Shown piece after piece: positions 50,881-60,715 of a stretch of 60,715 nucleotides of DNA. Below the pieces are notes generated by a model, which ran no database searches, had not been told where the DNA came from, and worked only from the letters and a program-made list of their open reading frames with translations. Each line of letters opens with the position of its first letter. Position 1 is the first letter of the stretch. The stretch lies in the NCBI GenBank assembly GCA_025603075.1, contig MU626384.1:1-60715 (forward strand). Reading direction: 5' to 3'. A program made the translations under genes and the position numbers. The DNA is from Neoconidiobolus thromboides FSU 785 (lineage: Eukaryota; Fungi; Entomophthoromycota).

Positions 50881-51327
50881 ATTAAATAATTTTTTATGAA
50901 TGTAAACATTTTAAATTAAGATACCAACTTAATTTCATATAATAAATAACAATAAATGTTTTTTTGTTTTGTCCATTTTCTATTAACATAAAATTTAAAC
51001 TTTTTTAATAACTTTTAAACATCTCTACTCATTTAATTATTATTTAACTTGCAAAATTTTACTAAAAACTAATTTTAGGTCAATTGTCTCCAACTTCTGC
51101 ATTTGTTTAACCAATGAAAGTTATAGTCCACAGAAATAGCTTAAGGCTTAGCTTTGAGAATTCTACCCTAAGTTTTTTGAAGGCTTTGATTGGATTAACT
51201 TTGCCCCCAAAGTCTATTGATTGGAAGAAGGAAGTATTCTAAATAGCAAATTACAACTTTTTAAAAAATACTTCCCAAAAAGCAAACTTGATAATACTAA
51301 TTCTTTTTAATAAAGACAGTATATACA

Positions 51328-52463
51328 ATGAGTAATAGTGATAGTGATAGGATAATTGAGCTGACAGATTCTGAAAACGAAAGTGATAAATCAGAAGTTA
51401 AAAAACCAAATGAATATGTTAGTGAAAATAAAAGTTGGAGGATTCTAAATAAACAAAAATATGCCGAAAAAGAAAAAGGTAGCTTAAGTTTAGATCATGT
51501 TTAATTTTTTAATTTACTTAATCTATTATAGATTTCATGAAATTTGGTTCTGATGAAGATTCTTCGATTGACTCCAATAATAGCGATAACGATTCAGATG
51601 GTTTGAAAGCAGTAGATTTGTATGAAACACCAGCCTTTTTAAATCCGATAAAATCAGTACATGAAGTAGATACCATTGTTGCAGACCAACTTATCTTTGA
51701 TCTCCCCTTACCCAAGGAGCTAGATATGACAATTCCTATTGAATATCTAGGAGAGATTAGTAATATTATTAATCATAACACATTTATTGTTCAAGCATAT
51801 AAAAAGATCAAAATTGATGACGCAGAAGTAGCTTTGGATTCTGAAACTATAGTTGTATCGGAAAATCGAAAAGTTCTTGGTAGAATCCACGAAACATTTG
51901 GCCCTGTTGAAAGACCATTTTATTTAGTCAAATTTAAAGAAAATGAATCAAAAGATAAAAACGATAGTAATGTAAATCAAGAAGATAGTGATAGTAAAGT
52001 AGGAAATATGAATGATAAAGTAGTAGCTACTGATATCAAAATAGAAGATATAGATAATAAAGAGATAGATAATAGCTCAGAGCCTATTAAACTACAACAT
52101 CAAATTGGGAGTAAAGTATATTATACTGAGAAAGACATTAAATATGTTAATGTGCCTGAGTTATTAAAACAAAAAGGTATAGATGCGTCAAATTTTTATG
52201 ATGAAGAAGTAAGTGCAATCGAAGATTTCTCTGATGATGAAAAAGAAGCAATGTATAAAGCAGGAAATGGGGCAAAAGGGCCTTCGTATAAAGATATAGA
52301 CAATACTGATGGCAACAGTAAAGGAAAAATAGTAAAGAGTAAAAAAAAGATTAAGATCGAAAACAGAGATGAAAATGTAAATGGGACTGAGAACAGTACA
52401 AACAGAAGAAGCGTAGTATCTTATGATGACTATGATGCTTTATTAAGTGAATACCTTGAGTAA
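51328..52463 (+). CDS. NAF1: H/ACA RNP assembly factor Naf1, 2 exons
   Basis: Gar1/Naf1 domain (LGRIHETFGPVERPFYLVKF), KGIDASNFYDEEV...FSDDEKE. Confidence 0.9.
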
Positions 52464-52660
52464 ATATCTATTTTATTTTGAAGACAAAAATTTAACTATC
52501 AGCAGGCATATTTAATTATAGAAAATTTTATGCATGTAACTTATTTTTATTACAATAAAATGTTAATTTATCAATACATTTTCTAATTTTTGATTTGTTC
52601 TGAGTTTTATTTATTTCAAATTACTCTCACACATTGCTTTTTTACAAATTTTAAATTAAG

Positions 52661-53973
52661 ATGGAAAAATATTCTAAATGGAGAGTAATATATACAATAT
52701 ACTATTAAAGGTACAATACTAACACAAATTATTAGGATCCAGGAACCGGGATTCAACCTTTCCTTCCAATAATTGTAATCAAATAATACTGAAAAAATGC
52801 ATTAATTAATCTTGAATCTAGCCTCAAAGAAAGAATGAAACTACACTAAATGTGATTTTCAACGTAGTTAAAAACTATTTATTTGGAACAATATTAGTTA
52901 TTATTAAACTACCCATTATATTACTATTATCACTCATTAGTTTTATTAGTTATCAAATTGGGAGTGTCGTAAGTGAAGTTGTATTTAAGTTAATATTAAT
53001 TAATAATTTAATAGAAATTACTTAACCCTTTATTTCGAGGGATAATACTAAGTATAGCAATAAGACTATTATTATTATTGTTTGGTTTTTTTAATATCAA
53101 AACTAATTCAATTTCTTTAAAACGTGGTATTAATAATAAAACTAAAATTAAAGTTAATCAACCTAAAGTTGGGGAATTAATTATTGTTAATTCTTCATCT
53201 TATTTAGACTTACTTTATTTGCAAATGAAGTAAGCTTATTTTTCATGTTTAGTTATGATGTTTAGTTATTTATTATTTTAGGTATAACCCAGTGTTTACA
53301 AAAATTTGTTCAAAAACTGGAAGACTTTCAAAAGATACATTATGGAATAGTATAATAAATTTCGGGAAATTAACAATTCTAAAAGACAATGATAGTCATG
53401 AATTAAATGAATTCATACAATGTGTTAAAAATGAAGGTTTAGGTCCTATTGTTATTTTTTTGGAAGTAAGATTATTTATTATGAAGTTTCATTTTGATTT
53501 ACTTATTTCTTATAAGGGTACTTCAACAAATGGTAGAGGTGTATTAAAGCCTATTACAGATTTGTTTAATGATTTAAATGAAGACAATTTGAATATGCGC
53601 GTTGTTTATATAAAGTAATATTTACTAATATTTATTAATGCTATTTATATTAACCTCATTCTCCCTTATTAGATACCCGTTCAATGATTTTTCTCCTACT
53701 TTTCCTATTGGCAACTTGGGCTTTCACTTTATTAAGCTAATTAGTCAATTTAAGAACAATATTATAATTCAAATATTAAATAATGAAGAAGCTAATAGTT
53801 ATATTAAAGAAAAAGAAAATGAAGGGGATAGAACTCAATTAATTGCTTCATTATTGAGTAACGTTTCAAAGCTCCGAAAACTTACTCTAAATATCGATGA
53901 TAAAAAAGAATTTATAGAATATTATAACAAGAACAATAATATAAAAGCAAATTCCCAAATAAAAGTCGAATAA
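52661..53973 (+). CDS. LOA1: Lysophosphatidic acid acyltransferase Loa1/Vps66-like, multi-exon
   Basis: Spliced N-terminus MEKYSKWR|DPGTGIQPFLP, NSSSYLD, IVIFLE|GTSTNGRGVL. Confidence 0.8.
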
Positions 53974-54022
53974 AACATTACTTTTATCATTTATTAAATT
54001 CCATGACATTTTATTAATAAAT

Positions 54023-54120
54023 GGGAGTGTTTTTTTCAACTTCATTATTTTTCCATCTTTTAAGCACTATTTAAGCGGGAAAATTGTTAGTAAAATTCTT
54101 AAACACAAAAACACATCTCC
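54023..54120 (-). mobile_element. MITE copy 14
   Basis: AAAT TSD on both sides. Confidence 0.93.
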
Positions 54121-54165
54121 AAATAGTTTATTAATACACCTATTCCATAAAATTATTAATTCTTA

Positions 54166-55687
54166 TTAAATACCGAACGCTTCTAGTTCTGCTGGTGTGG
54201 GAGGTAAAACAACGTCAACGCTTTCCCAGGCCTCATCTTCTAAATCTGGTTTTTCAACCCCAGCTTTACCATCATTTGAACTCGTTAGTTTATGAGCAGG
54301 AGGCAACTGGGAATGTGAAAAGTCAGTATCATAATCTTCATCTAATAATGAGCTAGGGATCTCTGATGAGAAATGGTTTTCATGAACCGTATAAACCCCT
54401 TTTTTCCCAACTGCATTTGCTGCACCTTTCATTTTCCATAAAAACTGATGAAAATCTGGTCGAAAAGTGGGATCAATACCTGATCCTAATAAAGCATTGC
54501 TATTTAATGTTTTATTTCCCCATCCTCTTTTACAAGACTCTAAAAACATGATCAATCCTTCTGTCCCTATGCCCTCCAAGCTATATTCGGTTAAATTATT
54601 TAATTTAGGGTTGACTCCGTGGGACAAAAGCTGTAAATAATGGAGATAAATTTGATTATAACTAACCATGATTTTTAGTAACTCTTTATATTCCCTTTTT
54701 GACTCTATTTCATACAATGGAATTGAACTAAAATAATGTGTTTGTTAATTTACTTATTATATAAAGCTGTATTATTATATTCCTTACTTAAACTCCTGGT
54801 AATCTGGGTAATCATGTTTTAAATAAATAGTTGAAAATGGCCCAATTACTTTTGTATCAAAGGGTATTGAAACCCCTAAATACCTTGCAACTAGGACTGT
54901 AATATGTAATGAAAAAAACACACCGCCCAAAGGCTCACTATTATTCCTTAACTGTAGTCCTCTATCATTGCGTGAACTTCTTCTAGCTACTGTTTGGATT
55001 TCATTACTAGTAGCTTTTAAGTAATCAATATTTGTATTTAAATTACTTGATCTTGCGGTATCCTCTGTTCTTGTTTCTTTATTTAAAGTTGTTTTTTTAC
55101 TTGATGAAATAGTGGGTAAGATTATTGTATGGATTCCTAATTCTCCGAGGGAAGATATAAGCGCTCTTCTTGTCTGATGTAATCTCTGTTGAGCAACTTT
55201 ATCTCCTTCTTTAAGTTTAGTCTCTCTGGTATTCTGCTGATTATTGACCAATGCAGTATAAGTTTGGTAGTTTTTCCTGACAATATCTAACCTTTCTTTT
55301 CTAACCATATTTTCTTCTTGAAGGTATTTTATCCTATTATTAGCTAGATAAAAAGTTAATCATTAAAAACGATTGAGTGAAGATCACTTACCTTGGGCAA
55401 CTGCTTCACTAATTTGAGACTTTAGTTCAGAATTATAGTCTATTGATTGTTTTAATTTAGCTCTTTGAGCTTGTAGTATATTTAATTGGGTTGGCCATTG
55501 AGAAGCTAACCTTTTAATAATAATCTTTCTTTCATGTTCACCTAATGATTGATCTTTTCGAAAATTTCTAATTCTAATAGAAGTGTTATTATGTTGGTTT
55601 TATATTAGTATTATTGATTTACTCTATTTTGATACAACTCTTGCATATCATTTTATTTTTGATTGTATTACAGTTTTCACATTCCAT
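54166..55687 (-). CDS. ATG14: Atg14/UVRAG-family PI3K complex subunit, multi-exon
   Basis: N-terminal MECENC...ICKSC, coiled coil, RRALISSL, VARYLGVSIPF...GPFSTI, C-terminal EAWESV. Confidence 0.7.
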
Positions 55688-56119
55688 GATAAAGTGACTG
55701 CTAAATTTTAAACTCTTTATTTTTTATTTAATCAACCAAAATAAATTTAAGCAAAAGATATCAAATTAAACAATTTAAAAGGCCAATGATATTCAAAGAT
55801 ATGAAAATAAGAGAAAACTATTAGTTTAATGGTAAATATTTTATTTCTCATAGGTATAGAAAATTAAAAATATCAGCTTATTTTTGGTAAACATGATTTT
55901 TACTCTTGGAGAAACAATAAAAGAATACTTATTAAAAATCACTAGAGAAACCGATCAAAATAATACCACTCATTTTTCATCTTAATTTTCCTTTATATAG
56001 AAAAAAATGGTCTATAATAACTACACTTGCAAAAATCTAGGCTCTGCATATGACTATTTAAATTGTATAGATTATCCATTAGGAGCCCAAAACATTAATT
56101 AATAAAACTATTAGCTGTT

Positions 56120-56449
56120 GTTCTAAATTAAATTATATGTTTATGGAGAATAAGTATTTACATATTGAGCCAGTCCTTAATAATGATTATACTACATGAT
56201 GTAAAGAACCACCCAAAAGATAGCAGGTATAATTTTTTGGGTAATTTTATACAAATTGAGGACTTTCAAGAAGCTTGGACTCCAGAATAAGCATAATTTA
56301 TATTCAAAATTAAAGATGGAGTAAGTAAAAGTGGTAAAAATAAGAACGGACCTGGGAATCAAAGAAACTATAAAAACTTGACTAGGTGTTTTGCTATTAT
56401 TCATTATAGCTGTGATCATTGTTTGATTTTTAAGGAATTTAATAAACAT
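56120..56449 (-). pseudogene. Possible fragment of a 7TM receptor-like membrane protein
   Basis: LFWSPSFL..LY....IP.IFW.VLY followed by a stop resembles TM6-TM7 of Git3/cAMP-receptor-like GPCRs; no upstream exons found. Confidence 0.2.
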
Positions 56450-56899
56450 AAAATAATATCAACGTATGATTTTATTAATTAAATTCCTAACCAAAGCTAT
56501 CTACATTGATTTTCACTTTTTGAATAATTTATATCAAATAGTATAAGCTTGTTTATTGTTTTGAAAAATTTTGTCAGTAAAAAAACCAAAATACAAGTAT
56601 TATTTTGTTATAAATCAAACAAATAACTAAAATTTAATACCAAAAAATAACTTTTATCTAACTGGTATAATTTTTGGTATTAGGCTACCATATTACTTTT
56701 TATTTTAAATTTCAAAAACCAATTATTATAATAACTGACCTAATTTTAAGTATTTTTATTATGTTAAACTATTTTATTAAATTTGTATATTAGTTTTTTT
56801 AATAAGTGTTGTCTAAGCTTTTTTATTAACTTTTATTGAATTTAGCTTTAGTAATTATAAAAAAATCAAAAAGTTTTAAAACTAATTAATAAAATAAAA

Positions 56900-56991
56900 A
56901 GTATAATTTTTGACTTCACTTTTTCCATCTTTTAAGCGCCATTTGAGCAGAAAAATTATTAGTAAAATTCTTGAACAAAAAATACATTCCT
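56900..56991 (-). mobile_element. MITE copy 15 (left end eroded)
   Basis: Core and right end match the consensus. Confidence 0.75.
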
Positions 56992-57085
56992 ATATTGCAA
57001 AATATTACCAGCTGTATAGTTAACTCAAATTTTTTTATTTTGACTTGTTGTAAGAATTTCTACCACCTAATTATAGAAAACATAT

Positions 57086-57181
57086 GGGGATGCCTTTTTT
57101 GGCTTCATCACTTTTTCCATTTCTTAAGCGCTACTTAAAGCGGAAAAATTGTTAGTAAAATTCTTAAAAAAATACATCCCC
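57086..57181 (-). mobile_element. MITE copy 16
   Basis: ATAT TSD. Confidence 0.92.
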
Positions 57182-57399
57182 ATATCTTTTTTTAGTATAC
57201 ATAACGACTTAGCTAGAATATTAAAAGAATCCTTTATGATAATCTGAAACTTTTTTATTAAATTATTTTTTGATGTTACATTTTTAACGAAGCTATTCTT
57301 TTTAATAATATTTCGTATGAATTTTATAGTAGTGTCTTTTATTTTATATAGTTTATGGCTTATTATATGCTATGTTTCATAATTTAGTTATGTTTCAAT

Positions 57400-58100
57400 T
57401 ATATAAACAAGACTTTTTGACTTATAACTAGTTGATTGAGCAAAAATTGCTTTTAATTCTAATTGGTATGTATATCAACTTTTATATTTGATGCTTATAA
57501 CTTGAAAAGCTTTTATAATTATGTTAAGTAGCTTTTGTGTCTTTTTTTACAGTTATTACCATATAATAATCACCTCGAGCTTTTAGTTTTTTTTAATCTA
57601 CAAACTATAGGCAATAAGAGCTTTATACCTTATTTTTTGACTTAAGGTATTTTCCTGATAACAATTAACTACTACTAAATATAATATAAGTAGTGATAAT
57701 GATAAAGAAGCTAGTATTCTCACTCTAGAAATAAATACTGATGCTTTAAACTAAGCTGAAGCTACTTTCTGATGTTATAAACCTAGCTAACTACTTATGA
57801 AGGTATCCTTATGCATGTTTTTAATAATGATTTTTCTATTCAAAAACAGTGCCAAAATAGCGACCCCAGTGCTTAAATTACTTGTGCTTATTTTTGGATA
57901 TGATTATTAATTAAAATAATAGTGCCACTGCCTTTTTAAATGAATCTCATGCTAACAAATCAAACAAATTTAACCAAAAGCTTAAAGACACTATTAGCGA
58001 TAAAATCTACAAAGGCTTGGTAAGAAAAGTAAAAAATTTTAAAACCGAGTTATATTAGCTTGATACTGTTTTGTATTTTAAACTCACTAAGATTCTTGAT
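57400..58100 (+). mobile_element. Possible heavily degraded Gypsy RT-RNase H relic
   Basis: Broken frames: RAFSFF*STNYRQ / SFIPYF (~57575-57640), LEINTDALN*AEATF (~57725, like LETDAS..A.GAVL), LKLLVLIF (~57870). Confidence 0.25.
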
Positions 58101-58135
58101 AAAGTTGATTTTCTTATTAAAATTAATAAATATAT

Positions 58136-58234
58136 GAGGATGTATTTTTGTGTTTAAGAATTTTACTAATAATTTTTCCGCTTAAATAGCGCTTAAAAAA
58201 TGGAAAAAATAATGAAGTCAAAAAAAACACTCCC
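58136..58234 (+). mobile_element. MITE copy 17
   Basis: ATAT TSD; close to consensus. Confidence 0.95.
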
Positions 58235-58560
58235 ATATTATTAAAACTATAAATATTAATAAAAAAAATGAGAACTACTTTTTCAAAGCTTAATGAACTA
58301 TTAATAACTAGAATTAATAAGCATAATCATTATTTATCTTATGTTAGGCAATTTTTTATATTTATACCAATCAATAATACCAAAACTTTAGCTTTAAAAC
58401 AAGATTTAGCTATCTATAACAGACAAATGATTTAATAACTATCGTTAACCAGCTCATTATAATAATGTTTTAAAAAAACGAATTGCATTAAATAAAAAGC
58501 AATCAGCAGCTAATTGTAAGGGAATTGCATAGTATATAAAGTATTGAAAAAAGAACATAT

Positions 58561-58631
58561 GAGGATATATTTTTTAAGCTCTATTTGAGCGGAAAGATTA
58601 CTGTAAAATTGTCAAGCAAAGAAATAATCCC
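58561..58631 (-). mobile_element. MITE copy 18 (internally deleted)
   Basis: ATAT flanks and partial core. Confidence 0.7.
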
Positions 58632-58695
58632 ATATTACTGTTTCAGCACTTTAATTTAGACTTTTAAACTATAAAAATATTTTAAAATATAATAT

Positions 58696-58794
58696 GGGGA
58701 TGTATTTTTATGTTTAAGAATTTTACTAACAATTTTTTCGCTTAAATAATGCTTAAAAAATGAAAAAAATAATGAAGTCAAAAAAAACACTCCC
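58696..58794 (+). mobile_element. MITE copy 19
   Basis: ATAT TSD. Confidence 0.95.
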
Positions 58795-59069
58795 ATATTT
58801 ATAATTTAAGCAATATTATAAAAGCGCTGTCCTTGATATTGAACATTAAGTAAGTTATAAACATTGTAGCTTCATTTGCTTAGTACAACTAGATAACAAG
58901 GCAAAAAAACCGTTATAAGATCTAATACCAAGTAGTATAACGTTATATACTTTGTACTGGAATTGACTTAAATAATTTTCCTAATAATAATAACAAAAAT
59001 AAGTTGTTGCATAATGCTTTTTAAATTACTTAATATGCATTTTATAAGCAATTTTCATTTTTACTATAT

Positions 59070-59168
59070 GGGGATGTATTTTTGTGTTTAAGAGTTTTAC
59101 TAAAAAAAATTTCCACTCAAATAGTGCTTAAAAGACCGAAAGAGTAATGAAGCCAAAAAAGCATCCCC
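59070..59168 (+). mobile_element. MITE copy 20
   Basis: ATAT TSD. Confidence 0.95.
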
Positions 59169-59663
59169 ATATATAATCTAAGTTAATTTTAATTTTTTAT
59201 CGAATCCAGATAAAATTACTGCTATTACTTTTATTAAACGCTTAAAAGTTTATCTTATTTCTAATAACTGGACCTATAAATATCGTTTTTAATAGGTGTT
59301 AAGTTAATTACAAATAAACAAACTGTGGAATCTGGTACTCAGTGGTTAGAGTCAAAAGCAAAAGCAGCTCTTTGTTTGATTAAACTAGTCGTAAGTCCAA
59401 AGATCTTAGTTTATATGACTAAGATAGGCCTAAATTATGAGGAACAGCACTTAGTAGGCTACAAAATATGTAAGACAAATATAATAAATAATACTAATGT
59501 AAAACCTACATAAGATACTATCAGAAAGATTTAGTGGCTTTATTAGAGGTACAATATAGAGGGTAATTCAGTTAAAAGTCTCGAGTTACTACGTTCTAAA
59601 ATCTCTTTTATACTTCAAGTATGGATATCAAAACGGGGGAAATAATGTCCTTCGGAATCATAT

Positions 59664-59762
59664 GGGAGTGTTTTTTTTGACTTCATTATTTTTTTCATTA
59701 TTTAAGCATTATTTAAGCGGAAAATTTGTTAGTAAAATTCTTAAACACAAAAATACATCCCC
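59664..59762 (-). mobile_element. MITE copy 21
   Basis: ATAT TSD. Confidence 0.95.
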
Positions 59763-60017
59763 ATATGATAGAAATTCTCATAGTAAATCAAAACAAAAGC
59801 TTGGGACTGATATGCCTGAACTTCAAAATACAACGACTTAATTAATTATGTTATAGCCAATCATAGAGCTGACAGAGTAATATTTCATGAAACTTCCTTA
59901 ATGTACGATTTTATTTAATAACTTATCCAATAACTGAAACTCTTCTAAAAAAGTATTTATAGATAACTATAATTTCAAAGTTAAAATAAAAGCAAACTTG
60001 AAAGTTTTATTAAAATA

Positions 60018-60186
60018 TAACAAATTTTCCGCTCAAATAACATTTGGTGATGTTTCTTTTGATTTGATCGCTTTTTCATTTTTAAAGCACTATTTAAGTG
60101 GGAAAGTTGCTAGTAAAATCTTTAAATAAAAAAATATATTCCCATTTAAAAATGGAAAAAGTACTGAAGCCAAAAAATACATCTCC
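60018..60186 (+). mobile_element. MITE copy 22 (5'-eroded), split by copy 23 and abutting the second transposon left end
   Basis: AACAAATTTTCCGCTCAAATAAC-[ATTT]-AAAAATGGAAAAAGT...CATCTCC rejoins to consensus once the insert is removed. Confidence 0.8.
60046..60143 (-). mobile_element. MITE copy 23, nested inside copy 22
   Basis: ATTT TSD at 60042-45 and 60144-47. Confidence 0.88.
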
Positions 60187-60190
60187 ATAT

Positions 60191-60715
60191 GGGGCTGTCC
60201 TAATTGGTTTTAGAATCTACTTAGAAATTAATCCAAAATTAAAATTTCAAGTTTGCGTCCAAATATAACGGTTAAATCTAAAAAGCCTAAAATTAAATGT
60301 CTCTATTTAAAACTTATTTTGATTGTTTCCCTTTTCTTAAATAGCTAATTTTCCTAACTATATATTTTATGTTAGTTCTGTTAGGTATTTAATAGATATA
60401 TAATATATAACTATATGATTATATAATTATATAAATACACTTATTTGACTTTATTTTTTGTCAAAATAAAAATAAAATGGAGACTTTCATAACTAAACTT
60501 CAAAATGGAATTTTTGAAAATTTCAATATAATAGGGAGGAGTACACAATACAAACATTGTAATTCATTTACATCAATTTTAAGAGCTACTTATAACAACC
60601 CAAGGTTTATGGGATCTTATAATAAAACAAACAAAGAAAAGATATATTATCAAAGTTTACTATCGATAAATAATAATAAACTTAATTAAGTAATGTATAA
60701 AATTAGTGCTTTAAG
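60191..60715 (+). mobile_element. Second copy of the Sola-like transposon (left end and transposase start; runs off the window)
   Basis: TIR GGGGCTGTCCTAATTGGTTTTA after ATAT; collinear with 15925-16443; ORF METFITKLQNGIF... at 60477. Confidence 0.92.

Noticed and set aside
53170-53220. LOA1 motif I lacking His (NSSSYLD)
   Set aside because: As I recall, Loa1-type acyltransferases already lack the canonical HX4D His, so this is not evidence of pseudogenisation.
2143-55687. U12-type (AT-AC or GTATCCTT) introns
   Set aside because: None seen among the splice sites I reconstructed; all were GT-AG except one GC-AG.
59325-59513. 62-aa ORF in the MITE cluster
   Set aside because: GTG start and no recognisable family; probably transposon debris that I cannot assign.
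5810-60186. CRISPR-like or tRNA/SINE interpretation of the 99-bp repeat
   Set aside because: The repeat is dispersed in both orientations with TIRs and 4-bp TSDs; there are no regular spacers, A/B boxes or polyA tail.

Overview
AT-rich eukaryotic genomic DNA with very short (about 45-60 nt) spliceosomal introns. The gene set (SPX-ankyrin-GDPD GDE1, OLE1-cytochrome b5 fusion, MET6, fungal-type myosin I, plus Integrator INTS11 and TMEM128) points to an early-diverging fungus; Entomophthoromycotina/Zoopagomycota-like is my inference. I can support about 22 protein genes, most of them split into exons that the ORF track only partly shows. The main unannotated structure is a DNA-transposon system. 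One decayed full-length Sola-like DDD transposon spans 15925-18422 (22-bp TIRs, ATAT target-site duplication), with two more partial copies at the window ends. About 23 copies of a ~99-bp MITE carry GGG..CCC ends and 4-bp AWWT TSDs. These MITEs stack against each other and against the transposon ends, and their two CpGs are strongly decayed. Other candidates: an intronic box C/D snoRNA and a second structured RNA in RPS3 intron 1; a secreted two-repeat protein with KR sites and cationic segments; a mitochondrial-type DEAD-box gene starting 42 nt after the RPS3 stop; and an intronless, motif-divergent INTS11. All calls come from manual reading with no database searches, so exon boundaries and family names need computational confirmation.
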